Source of the DNA: an uncultured delta proteobacterium
GTDB lineage: Bacteria; Desulfobacterota; Desulfobacteria; Desulfobacterales; SG8-13
Direction: 5' to 3'
Assembly (NCBI GenBank): GCA_963848135.1
Contig: CAWKCK010000002.1
Location: 186,001-250,000 of the forward strand
Length of the DNA stretch: 64,000 bases
Both the position numbers and the translations under genes were made by a program. The notes below the pieces were generated by a model. It worked only from the letters and a program-made list of their open reading frames with translations, was not told the origin of the DNA and made no database searches. Shown here piece after piece: positions 1 through 9,563 of this stretch. Numbering within the stretch: the stretch's first letter is position 1; every line of letters starts with the position of its first letter.

Positions 1-126
1 GCGGCAATCCGGTGTGGTCCCGGGCAGGTGTGGGGAATATTGGTCGCCGGTTTCGGTTGTATGCCACGGTATAACATGCGGAGGTTGAGGCGCTTGCGAA
101 GGTGTAACCCACCTCAGGTGCGGGCT

Positions 127-351
127 TTATCCCAGAAGGGGCGTGACGATCATTTCGATAAACAGGTATGTGAGTATCCCGATAGCGCCCGCCAACATGG
201 CAACAGCATAGATTTGCGCGTTTTTGTGGCGGCGTTTTTCCTTCTCATCGTAAAACACAAATTTACCGCACTTGATACATCTCAGTTTTGCCAGTTTCAG
301 GGTTATGACATGCCCACAGGCACATTGAACCTCTTTAGGGGGTAGCGGCAT
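127..351 (-). CDS. small Zn-ribbon-like membrane protein (hypothetical)
   Basis: 74 aa with CxC...CxxC (CACG, CIKCG) followed by a C-terminal hydrophobic helix. Confidence 0.6.
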   Translation of the reverse strand: MPLPPKEVQCACGHVITLKLAKLRCIKCGKFVFYDEKEKRRHKNAQIYAVAMLAGAIGILTYLFIEMIVTPLLG

Positions 352-420
352 GGACGACTCAACTCACTTTCAGGTTAATTTCGTTGCGCGCATGGATTGA
401 CGCTAATTTCCGCGTACGTT

Positions 421-840
421 CTATTCCTGTTTCTTGCCGTCCGCCGAAGCAACGTCATTAAAAGACTTGAAATAGTCGATCGTGTCTCGTCTCAGTAAGA
501 AATAGGTCGAGAGGCAGAAAAGTATTAGAACCGTCGCAGTCACCACACTCAGGTCGTAATCAGGTTTTTGAAAGTATATATATAGTAGCAATAAATAAAA
601 CAGAATGATCACGAAATTAAAGAACAGGCAAAGCGGTCTCGCCCATTTATTGATACCGGCAATAAAAAAACAGATGGAAATACCGACAATGAACATCAGG
701 TAATCCCTTCGCACCAGGGTATCATCGGTAAAAACCTTATAATAAAAGATGAGGTGCACCAACCATCCAAGCGTAAGGGTTACAATGGCCAGTTTAATGA
801 ATGTCGGATACGTGTCGAACTTAATTTCCAGGTTAAACAT
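421..840 (-). CDS. hypothetical 4-TM membrane protein
   Basis: 139 aa ORF with four hydrophobic segments. Confidence 0.7.
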   Translation of the reverse strand: MFNLEIKFDTYPTFIKLAIVTLTLGWLVHLIFYYKVFTDDTLVRRDYLMFIVGISICFFIAGINKWARPLCLFFNFVIILFYLLLLYIYFQKPDYDLSVVTATVLILFCLSTYFLLRRDTIDYFKSFNDVASADGKKQE

Positions 841-1295
841 GGTTTCTTCCAGTTAAATTTCTCGCATCTTCAGTGGTATCCAGCATTGGCACCGGTTTTT
901 TGTTGGTGCGCCCGAACGTCCGAGATTCAATGAACGCATTCTCATTCCACGAAAGTATCCCCCTATAATGCATTTGCATCCTCCAAGGCAAGCCAAAATT
1001 ATTGATGGTCCTCATCGGTATGGATCCGGAAAATTGAACGCACTCTATATTGTCTCCAGGCGGGCGCACTTATAACCGGCAGATTATGTGGTTAAAGTCA
1101 TTCTGGGAAGTGTTTTCCGTAATTGTTGAATCAGAGCTGAGGTAACGATTTGAAGCCAAAGCGGGCCCTGTTTGAATACAATAGACCCTCTTAGGAGTGA
1201 ACTGTTGCAAGCCCGGCTCTCAGATTTAGACCATAAATTTTTATGAATACCCCCCCAAACCGATACAAAATTCAAAAAAAAAGTCATCTTTTTTC

Positions 1296-1323
1296 TTGAC
1301 AAAAACGAAGCATCAATTATAAA
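1296..1323 (+). promoter_or_regulatory. sigma70-type promoter for the TetR/acs cluster
   Basis: TTGACA-N16-TATAAA about 35 nt upstream of the TetR ATG, with an AT-rich UP-like tract. Confidence 0.55.
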
Positions 1324-1357
1324 GACCTATAACAACTAAATAGGATTCAGAAAAGAA

Positions 1358-2023
1358 ATGGGCATACAAGAGCGGAAAGAACGTGAACGCGAACGACGGC
1401 GTCAGCAGATCATCGTTGCCGCTAAACGCGTCTTTTCCGCCAAGGGTTTTAACAAGGCCACCATGGAAGATATTGCCAAGGAGGCGGAACTTAGCCCCGG
1501 CACCATTTACATCTATTTCAAGAATAAGGACGAGCTTTACGCGTCACTTTCTCTCCGTATACTTAAACATCTCAATATCCGCCTGGAACACGTAAAAAGC
1601 GAATCATACAGTGATCACAATGAACGCATCGTCTCATTGAAAAAAGCCCTTTACGACGTATACGCGTTTGACCCTCTCATTCTCATTAACATGTTTCATC
1701 TTCAATCCAGTGAAACCCTGAAAAATCTTTCCCCGGAGTTGCTGGATGAAATTAAACACCTTTCGCGCAGTTCGTTAGGAACCATGGCCGACATATTCGA
1801 AGAGGGCATCGATCAGGGTGCATTTATAGACCAGCACCCGGTGGCTTTGGCCGATATTTTATGGGCCATGTTTTCAGGGATCGTTCTCTGGGAAGAAAGC
1901 AAGCGCATTATCAACGAGGACAAGGACTACCTCAAACCGACGCTCGAGGCAGCCTTCGAGATATTTCGACAAGGTATATCCAAAGTTGTGCTAACGGATG
2001 AAAAGGACAATAACCGAAATTAA
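1358..2023 (+). CDS. TetR/AcrR family transcriptional regulator
   Basis: N-terminal HTH: IIVAAKRVFSAKGFNKATMEDIAKEAELSPGTIYIYFKNKDEL. Confidence 0.95.
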   Translation: MGIQERKERERERRRQQIIVAAKRVFSAKGFNKATMEDIAKEAELSPGTIYIYFKNKDELYASLSLRILKHLNIRLEHVKSESYSDHNERIVSLKKALYDVYAFDPLILINMFHLQSSETLKNLSPELLDEIKHLSRSSLGTMADIFEEGIDQGAFIDQHPVALADILWAMFSGIVLWEESKRIINEDKDYLKPTLEAAFEIFRQGISKVVLTDEKDNNRN

Positions 2024-2258
2024 TTCTTTGGCCGATCACCGGCTGTTGTTCAGGCAGCACGCTGAGATGGCCGGCAAAAGGAAACTGGGGGACATCAGGC
2101 GTGCAACCGGCATTTTACGGGTGCAGGCTCATGATGCAACATCGTCAACAAAAAAATCCAACTGGGGAAAGGAGGTCAATCGATTCAGGTTTGTGAGGGT
2201 TATCGCCGCAGGATCATTCGTTAACCATACAACCCACAAGCTTTAAGGAGTGTGATTT

Positions 2259-4292
2259 ATGGCAGATAAAGAAGTTGTCGAGACATCAGAAGCTCAGATT
2301 GCGGTACACTGGCAGGAAGAAGGACTCTATTATCCCACCACAAAATTCATCGCCCAGGCCAATATGACCGATGAAACAATCTATGATCGTTTCAGCCTGG
2401 ATAATTTTCCGAACTGCTTCAAGGAATACGCTGATTTGCTGACCTGGTACGAGTACTGGGACGAGATCCTGGATACCAGTGATGCACCATGCTACAAGTG
2501 GTTCAAGGGCGGAAAGATCAATGCCAGTTATAATTGTGTTGACCGTCATCTGGCTGAATACAAAAACAAGACGGCGATTCATTTCGTGCCGGAGCCGCTC
2601 GTAGAAGGCTACCAGCACATCACCTATCAAGAATTGTATGTCCGCGTTAACGAATTCGCGGCCCTACTCAGAGACTTTGCCGGTCTCAAGAGAGGCGACC
2701 GGGTGACCCTCCATATGCCAATGATACCGGCATTGCCGATTACCATGCTGGCCTGTGCCCGCCTCGGGGTCATTCACAGTCAGGTGTTCGGTGGCTTTAG
2801 CGGCCGCGCCTGTGCCGACCGGATCGTCGACTCAGGAAGCCGGGTGTTGATCACTGCCGATGCTTATTACCGCAGCGGGTCTCTGCTCGACCACAAGCAA
2901 AATGCGGATATCGCCGTTGATCTGGCGGGCAAGGACGGACAGAAGGTCGACAAAGTCCTCGTATGGCAGCGTTACACCGGCAAGGCCTCCAGTCCGACAG
3001 CGATGGTAGATGGTCGGGACTTTTTTGTCGACGACGTGCTCAAAGACTACTACGGCGCTCGGGTCGAACCCGAAAAGATGAATGCCGAGGACCCGCTGTT
3101 CTTGATGTACACCAGTGGCACCACCGGAAAACCCAAGGGCTGTCAGCACGGAACGGGCGGATATCTGGCCTACACCGCCGGTACTTCCAAATACGTGCAG
3201 GACATCCATCCCACCGATGTCTACTGGTGCATGGCCGACATCGGCTGGATCACGGGTCATTCTTACATCGTCTATGGTCCCTTGGCCATCGCCGCATCGA
3301 CGGTTATTTACGAAGGCGTTCCCACCTATCCGGATGCCGGACGCGCCTGGCGGATCGCCCAGGATCTGGATGTCAACATCTTTCACACCGCGCCCACAGC
3401 CATCCGCGCCTTGCGTAAAATTGGACCGGATGAACCCGCCAAGTACAATTACGAGTTCAAACACATGACCACCGTGGGTGAGCCCATCGAGCCCGAAGTG
3501 TGGAAGTGGTATTATAATGTCGTCGGTCAAGGCAAGGCCGCCATCGTGGACACCTATTGGCAGACCGAAACCGGCGGGTTCCTGTGCAGCACGCTGCCGG
3601 GCCTCATTCCGATGAAACCGGGCAGCGGTGGCCCCGGTATGCCGGGCATCCACCCCATCGTATACGACGATGAGGGCACCGTAGTTCCTGCCGGTGCAGG
3701 CAAGGCCGGAAATATCTGCATCCAGAACCCATGGCCGGGCATGTTCCAGACCATCTGGGGTGACCGTGACCGGTTCGTCGAGACCTACTTTGCGCGCTAC
3801 TGCAAGGACCCCAAGAGCAAGAAGTGGCAGGATTGGCCGTATATGACCGGTGATGCCGCGGTGGTGGCCGAAGACGGCTACGTACGCATCCTGGGTCGCA
3901 TCGATGATGTCATCAACGTCTCCGGGCACCGTTTGGGAACCAAGGAGATTGAGTCGGCCGCCCTGGTTCATGAAGCGGTGGCCGAAGCCGCGGTGGTGCC
4001 GGTGGCCCACGAGATCAAGGGCAAAGAGCCGGATATGTACATTGCTCTCAAGCCGGGGTATGAGGCCAGCCCGGAACTGGCACAGCAGATCTCCGACACC
4101 ATATCCACTGAGATCGGCAAAATCGCCAAACCGCGGCACGTCTGGATCGTGCCCGACATGCCCAAGACCCGGTCCGGCAAGATCATGCGGCGGGTTCTCG
4201 GCTCGATCTCCAACAGCCAGGATGAAGGGGATGTCACCACTCTGGCGAACCCTGAAATTGTTACAGCAATCAAGAAAATGGTTCAAGGATAA
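2259..4292 (+). CDS. acs: acetyl-CoA synthetase (AMP-forming)
   Basis: AMP-binding YTSGTTGKPKG, DTYWQTETGG, GRIDDVINVSGHRLG, acetylation motif PKTRSGK; SD AAGGAG. Confidence 0.95.
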   Translation: MADKEVVETSEAQIAVHWQEEGLYYPTTKFIAQANMTDETIYDRFSLDNFPNCFKEYADLLTWYEYWDEILDTSDAPCYKWFKGGKINASYNCVDRHLAEYKNKTAIHFVPEPLVEGYQHITYQELYVRVNEFAALLRDFAGLKRGDRVTLHMPMIPALPITMLACARLGVIHSQVFGGFSGRACADRIVDSGSRVLITADAYYRSGSLLDHKQNADIAVDLAGKDGQKVDKVLVWQRYTGKASSPTAMVDGRDFFVDDVLKDYYGARVEPEKMNAEDPLFLMYTSGTTGKPKGCQHGTGGYLAYTAGTSKYVQDIHPTDVYWCMADIGWITGHSYIVYGPLAIAASTVIYEGVPTYPDAGRAWRIAQDLDVNIFHTAPTAIRALRKIGPDEPAKYNYEFKHMTTVGEPIEPEVWKWYYNVVGQGKAAIVDTYWQTETGGFLCSTLPGLIPMKPGSGGPGMPGIHPIVYDDEGTVVPAGAGKAGNICIQNPWPGMFQTIWGDRDRFVETYFARYCKDPKSKKWQDWPYMTGDAAVVAEDGYVRILGRIDDVINVSGHRLGTKEIESAALVHEAVAEAAVVPVAHEIKGKEPDMYIALKPGYEASPELAQQISDTISTEIGKIAKPRHVWIVPDMPKTRSGKIMRRVLGSISNSQDEGDVTTLANPEIVTAIKKMVQG

Positions 4293-4300
4293 CCGGCCCC

Positions 4301-4346
4301 GTTGTATCGTCCGGGCGGCGGCGCTCCGTCGCCCGGACGATACAGC
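4301..4346 (+). other. long intergenic stem-loop after acs (mRNA stability/attenuation element)
   Basis: TGTATCGTCCGGGCGGCGG-cgct-CCGTCGCCCGGACGATACA, ~19-bp stem, no U-tract. Confidence 0.6.
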
Positions 4347-4574
4347 TGGTCGCTCCGGCGACCGCAGCGAAAAACATATGGAGCCGAAATCATAATTGAT
4401 CAAACTGGTTCAACCACTCAGTGGCGACGTCCCTCAACACTGTCCCCGCTGAGAGTTGAATCGGATTGCAAGGATTCTGAAAGGAGGTGAAGCCGCACAT
4501 CGGAGGTTGTTAAAGCCTGCTACAACCACACAATTGACAATCAACGGCTTAGACGATTGTACAGGAGGAAAAAA

Positions 4575-6380
4575 ATGAGTGGAACCACTTGGGTATACAT
4601 AATGCTCGGAATTTACATTATTTACTGCTTTTATTGGGGGTTGAAGGGGTACTTCTCCGAAAAAACCTCCGCCGGGTATGCGATCGCGGGCCGCTCCATC
4701 CCCTTCATCGCGTTTTTGATGGCGGCGACGGCGGCATCTTTCTCCGGCTGGACCTTCATCGGCCACCCCGGACTTATCTGGCGTGACGGCCTGTCCTATG
4801 CGTTTGCCTCTTTTTACGTCCTGACCATTCCGATCACAGGCGCCTTCTTCGCCAAACGGAACTGGTTGCTGGGCAAACGCTACGGCTTCATCACACCCGG
4901 TGACATGTTCGCATACTACTTTAACTCGGAAGCCGCGCGCTGGTTGACCGTGTTTACGGCTTTCCTCTATTCCATGTTTTATTCCGCGGTACAGCTGATG
5001 GCTTCGGCGGCGCTTTTCCACTGGGTCGCCGGTGTGCCGGTAACCTTCGGCGCCATCTTCATGGCCTTCATCGTCTGGTTCTATGTCTGTTCCGGCGGTC
5101 TGAAAGCCAGTACCTGGGTCGGCGTGCTCCAGTTCATCCTGCTGGTTGGCGGCATCATCCTTTTGGGGTACTTCGTCATCACCTCGGATGCCATCGGCGG
5201 CTGGACAGCCTTCTCGGCCAAAGCCAACGCTCTGGACAAGAATATGCTGGAAGTCCCGCGTGTCATGGCCCCGGCGCTGGTCGGCCCGGCGTACTCCAAG
5301 GCCGCAGGTGAAGGGATCTGGACGGCGGTCATGGTGCTTTCCTACATGTTCGCCCTGATGGGGATTCAGTCCTCCCCGGCCTTCACCCTCTGGAACTTCG
5401 GCATCAAGTCCCCGGCGCCCCTGGCCTGGCAACAGACCTTCATGTCCACCTTCGTGGTCGGATTCGCGCTGTTCTTTTTCACCGCCTTCCAGGGCATCGG
5501 CGGAAAAATTCTTCAGCTGGAGGGGGTTCTCGAACTGGCCAAGGACAGTGACCTGGTTCCCAAACTAATGGTGGAATTCCTGCCACCGTTTGTGCTCGGT
5601 GTCGTCTTCCTCGGCGCCATCGCGGCCATCCACTCCACGGCGGCACCGTACATCGGCACCGGCGGTACCATCTTGCTGCGAGACGTTTACTGGCGCTATA
5701 TCCGTAATCAGGAAGCCAGCCACTCCGAGCAGATCTGGGTCAACCGTCTGCTGGCGACTGTTGTCACTATCGCCGCCTTGTGGGTCGGTTTGACCTCCAA
5801 AGCCGCCCTGGTTATCCTGGGAGCCTTGGCTACCTCCTTCGGATTCGTGATGTACGTCTACCTGATGGGGGTCCACTGGGGCTTCCGATTCCCGAGTGTC
5901 GGGGCCTCTCTTGGGGTGGCCGCCGGCATGCTCGCGGTGTTTATGACCTACTATGTCTGGAAGTACCCGCTCTCGATCCACTGTGCGGCCTGGGGGACCG
6001 GCATCGGTCTGGCCGTCGCCTACCTGTGTCGCGGCCTTGGCATCAAGGACAACGAAGAGACCATCAAACGCCAAAACGAGATCCGCGCCTTTCTGGATGA
6101 CATCGACGCCTGTTCGGAAAGCGGCCGCAAATGGCGCAACGCCATGAAGATCGTCGTGCCGATCTGGTACTTCTTTGCCATCGGTCCGGCCTGTATCCTG
6201 GGCAACAATGCCTTCTCGTTTGCCGGATTCACACCGCTGTGGTCCTGGCAGATTTTCTGGTGGATTCTTGGAATCATCATGATGTGGGCCCTGACTTTCA
6301 AGGCCGAGATGTCAACCACCTCTAAAACTCAGATCGAGCGAGCTGAAGTGGAAACCAACATCGTGGTCAAGGAAGCCTAG
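4575..6380 (+). CDS. sodium:solute symporter family transporter (putative acetate/monocarboxylate permease)
   Basis: SSF motifs YAIAGRSI, AASFSGWTFIGHPG, GGLKASTW; many TM helices; SD AGGAGG before ATG 4575; directly after acs. Confidence 0.9.
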   Translation: MSGTTWVYIMLGIYIIYCFYWGLKGYFSEKTSAGYAIAGRSIPFIAFLMAATAASFSGWTFIGHPGLIWRDGLSYAFASFYVLTIPITGAFFAKRNWLLGKRYGFITPGDMFAYYFNSEAARWLTVFTAFLYSMFYSAVQLMASAALFHWVAGVPVTFGAIFMAFIVWFYVCSGGLKASTWVGVLQFILLVGGIILLGYFVITSDAIGGWTAFSAKANALDKNMLEVPRVMAPALVGPAYSKAAGEGIWTAVMVLSYMFALMGIQSSPAFTLWNFGIKSPAPLAWQQTFMSTFVVGFALFFFTAFQGIGGKILQLEGVLELAKDSDLVPKLMVEFLPPFVLGVVFLGAIAAIHSTAAPYIGTGGTILLRDVYWRYIRNQEASHSEQIWVNRLLATVVTIAALWVGLTSKAALVILGALATSFGFVMYVYLMGVHWGFRFPSVGASLGVAAGMLAVFMTYYVWKYPLSIHCAAWGTGIGLAVAYLCRGLGIKDNEETIKRQNEIRAFLDDIDACSESGRKWRNAMKIVVPIWYFFAIGPACILGNNAFSFAGFTPLWSWQIFWWILGIIMMWALTFKAEMSTTSKTQIERAEVETNIVVKEA

Positions 6381-6410
6381 CAAAAACCCACAGAAGAGGA
6401 GAATTTAACC

Positions 6411-6497
6411 ATGAAAAAAGAAGATGTATGGTTGATTGGCATTTTAATATTTTGCATCCTGTTCACCGGATCTTTTGGATGGGGTCTCTGGGGCTAA
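6411..6497 (+). CDS. 28-aa single-helix membrane peptide MKKEDVWLIGILIFCILFTGSFGWGLWG
   Basis: SD GAGGAG 9 nt before ATG, between the symporter stop and the operon hairpin; below the ORF-track cutoff. Confidence 0.7.
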   Translation: MKKEDVWLIGILIFCILFTGSFGWGLWG

Positions 6498-6530
6498 CCT
6501 GGAAATCCGTCCATAACGTTAATCAATAAC

Positions 6531-6568
6531 CATCCGGCCGGAAGAGTATCGGTTCTTCCGGCCGGATG
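6531..6568 (+). terminator. stem-loop ending the acs-symporter operon
   Basis: perfect 15-bp inverted repeat CATCCGGCCGGAAGA/TCTTCCGGCCGGATG; weak U-tract. Confidence 0.6.
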
Positions 6569-6988
6569 CTCCTATCGGTATTGATTCAGGCGCCGTCCGT
6601 CGTTCAGGATAATCACATTATATCCAATTCGCGGTTGCTGATCGCTTGGCGCAGACCAAAGCTTCGGTCTTTTAGTGAGCGAATAGCAGTTCCAACATTC
6701 AACCTTGAGGCGCCCCTAAAATTCTGCTATGGGGCAAACGGTGACCAGCTTTCTAAACAGTGTTAAACGCATAAAAGCAGTCCGGTTGGATCCTTTCATA
6801 TCGACATGGGAATCGTTGGCCGGGGTCGACATCCACGTTGCGACTGTATCGCACACCCTAATATACACCCCGTCTCATCATCCCAGTTTGAATGCTCCAA
6901 CGGGTTTATTTTGCCTATTCGATCCACAATGCGATCTTGACATATATTGACGATTAACAGGTTCGGCTATCAAACAAAGGAGGAAAAC

Positions 6989-8902
6989 ATGACCAATTTG
7001 TACGATGCGGCTTATCAAAAATCGATCAACGACCCCAACGGATTCTGGGGTGAGGCGGGAGAAAACGTTCATTGGTATAAAAAGTGGGACAAGGTCCTGG
7101 ACGATACGAACGTACCTTTTTACAGATGGTTCAGCGGCGGAGAAATCAACACCTGCTACAATGCACTCGATTTACATATCGAGCAGGGACGCGGCGATCA
7201 GGCTGCGCTGATCTATGACAGCCCGGTGACCGATACGATTAAGACTTTCACTTACTCCCAGCTGCGCGATGAGGTGGCCAAGTTCGCCGGCGTTTTGGCC
7301 GCACAAGGTGTCACAAAAGGGGACCGGGTGTTGATTTACATGCCGATGATTCCCGAAGCCGTGATTTCCATGCTGGCGACAGCCCGAATCGGTGCGGTCC
7401 ACTCGGTCGTCTTCGGCGGATTCGCCGCCAAGGAACTTGCGGTACGCATCAATGACGCCAAACCGAAAGTCATCATGACGGCCTCCTGCGGCATTGAAGT
7501 GAAGCGCGTCATTCCTTACAAGCCTTTACTCGACAGTGCCATCGACATGGCTGACGCCAAACCGAAGAAATGCATTGTTCTCCAACGACCAATGGAAACG
7601 GCCAGCATGGTGGATGGGCGCGACCTCGACTATAGCGAGGCCATGTCCAATGCCCAACCGCACGATTGCGTCAAAGTGGCGGCCACCGATCCCTTGTACA
7701 TCCTTTACACGTCCGGTACGACCGGGGTGCCAAAGGGCGTCGTGCGGGACAACGGTGGTCACGTGGTTGCCCTCAAGTGGTCCATGAAGAACGTGTACAA
7801 CGTCGATGCCGGCGATGTCTATTGGGCGGCATCGGATGTCGGCTGGGTCGTCGGGCATTCCTACATCGTCTATGGTCCCTTGTTCAGGGGATGCACTACC
7901 ATTCTGTTTGAGGGAAAACCGGTCGGCACACCGGATGCGGGGGTATTCTGGCGGGTTATCTCCCAGCACAAGGTAAAAACCATGTTCACGGCGCCGACTG
8001 CCTTCCGGGCCATCAAGCAACAAGACCCGAACGGCGAACTGATCAAAAACTACGATCTGTCGGACTTCAAGGCGCTTTTTCTGGCTGGGGAACGCCTCGA
8101 TCCCGATACCCTGCGCTGGGCTGAAAAACACCTCGGCGTACCTGTGATCGACCACTGGTGGCAAACGGAAACCGGCTGGGCCATAGCCGCCAACTGCCTG
8201 GGATTGCATCATTTTCCGGTAAAGGAAGGCTCACCCACCAAACCGGCGCCGGGCTGGAACCTGCAGGTACTCGATCCGGAAGCCAAAACACCGGTTTCGA
8301 AGGCCGGAGAAATCGGCGCCCTGGTCGTTAAGCTGCCGTTGCCCCCCGGTACGCTACCCACCCTCTGGAACAATGACCAGGGGTATATTAAGAGCTACCT
8401 GGAGGAATTTCCCGGCTACTACAAAACAGCCGATGCAGGATACATTGATGAAGAGGGGTACGCCTTCGTCATGGCCCGCACCGATGATATCATCAATGTG
8501 GCCGGCCACCGTCTATCCACCGGGGCCATGGAAGAAGTGCTGGCCGATCACCCGGAAGTGGCCGAATGTGCGGTGCTGGGAGTGGACGATAAGCTGAAGG
8601 GTCAGGTTCCGGTTGGCTTCATGGTTCTCAATGCCGGGGTCGATCGCCCGCATGACGAAATCGCCAAGGAAGTCGTCCAAATGGTCCGCGACCGCATTGG
8701 GCCGGTGGCATCCTTTAAAACGGCCACAGTTGTCAAGCGATTGCCCAAAACCCGATCGGGAAAAATCCTGCGGGGAACCATACAGAAAATTGCCGACAAT
8801 AAAGAATGGAATATGCCGGCGACGATCGATGATCCCGTTATTCTTGATGAAATGACAGAGGCTCTGGAGACTATCGGTCTCGGAAAAGCAAGGAAAGAAT
8901 AA
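6989..8902 (+). CDS. prpE: propionyl-CoA synthetase
   Basis: YTSGTTGVPKG VVRDNGG, DHWWQTETGW, PKTRSGKILR, C-terminal PATIDDP typical of PrpE; SD AAGGAGG before ATG 6989. Confidence 0.88.
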   Translation: MTNLYDAAYQKSINDPNGFWGEAGENVHWYKKWDKVLDDTNVPFYRWFSGGEINTCYNALDLHIEQGRGDQAALIYDSPVTDTIKTFTYSQLRDEVAKFAGVLAAQGVTKGDRVLIYMPMIPEAVISMLATARIGAVHSVVFGGFAAKELAVRINDAKPKVIMTASCGIEVKRVIPYKPLLDSAIDMADAKPKKCIVLQRPMETASMVDGRDLDYSEAMSNAQPHDCVKVAATDPLYILYTSGTTGVPKGVVRDNGGHVVALKWSMKNVYNVDAGDVYWAASDVGWVVGHSYIVYGPLFRGCTTILFEGKPVGTPDAGVFWRVISQHKVKTMFTAPTAFRAIKQQDPNGELIKNYDLSDFKALFLAGERLDPDTLRWAEKHLGVPVIDHWWQTETGWAIAANCLGLHHFPVKEGSPTKPAPGWNLQVLDPEAKTPVSKAGEIGALVVKLPLPPGTLPTLWNNDQGYIKSYLEEFPGYYKTADAGYIDEEGYAFVMARTDDIINVAGHRLSTGAMEEVLADHPEVAECAVLGVDDKLKGQVPVGFMVLNAGVDRPHDEIAKEVVQMVRDRIGPVASFKTATVVKRLPKTRSGKILRGTIQKIADNKEWNMPATIDDPVILDEMTEALETIGLGKARKE

Positions 8903-8938
8903 TCAAACTTTCGGGAATTACGGGATAATGTAATACGG

Positions 8939-8981
8939 AGTAGCCGGCACTTGACTACCTTTTGGTGCCGGCTACTTTTTT
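8939..8981 (+). terminator. rho-independent terminator of prpE
   Basis: AGTAGCCGGCAC...GTGCCGGCTACT followed by a T run. Confidence 0.85.
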
Positions 8982-9008
8982 CGGAATCCGGTTATTGCGA
9001 ATTGATTT

Positions 9009-9162
9009 GAAATGGGTTCAAAACCTTAGATCACGCCTAAGTACAAGGCGTGGGCCGACGAAAAAACGCAGCATGTATAGCCCAACCAAGGGCGCGTGTG
9101 AGTATTTTGAGGAGGGCCAAAACATCGCAATTGGGTGTTAGATGGGGTTTTGAAACCACTTC
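9009..9162. mobile_element. MITE-like intergenic element
   Basis: 17-bp imperfect terminal inverted repeats (GAAATGGGTTCAAAACC / GGTTTTGAAACCACTTC, 15/17), internal hairpin, no ORF. Confidence 0.45.
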
Positions 9163-9194
9163 TTGGTAATCCCTCTTAATTACTGGATGTTTTT

Positions 9195-9563
9195 ATGCCG
9201 AAAAAAGTGCTTATCGTGGATGATGAGCCAAGTATCATCGTGCCGCTCCAATTTTTGATGGAACAGAGCGGATACGAGGTTCTGGTGGCGTTCAGCGGGG
9301 AAGAAGCCATGGAAGCCATCGAAGAACATCATCCCAATCTGGTCCTGCTGGACATTATGCTGCCGATTATTGACGGATTTGAGGTTTGTCAGCGTGTCCG
9401 TGAAAAACTCGAATGGAGCGACATCCGCATCATCATGCTGACCGCAATGGGCAGCGATGCCAATGTCGCTAAGGGACTGGCCCTCGGGGCCGACGCGTAT
9501 ATTACCAAACCGTTTTCTAACTCCGAGGTCATTGCCAAAGTACGAGAATTGATGTGTCGATGA
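9195..9563 (+). CDS. single-domain response regulator (receiver only)
   Basis: VLIVDDE, LLDIMLP (phospho-Asp), LTA, YITKPF. Confidence 0.95.
   Translation: MPKKVLIVDDEPSIIVPLQFLMEQSGYEVLVAFSGEEAMEAIEEHHPNLVLLDIMLPIIDGFEVCQRVREKLEWSDIRIIMLTAMGSDANVAKGLALGADAYITKPFSNSEVIAKVRELMCR

Noticed and set aside
833..1302. ORFs 833..1069 and 1084..1302
   Set aside because: No SD or recognisable domain; they lie in the divergent promoter region.
2832..5432. Long antisense ORFs (523 aa, 332 aa) opposite acs and the symporter
   Set aside because: Shadow frames of GC-rich coding sequence; no motifs or RBS. The same applies to most short overlapping ORFs in the track.
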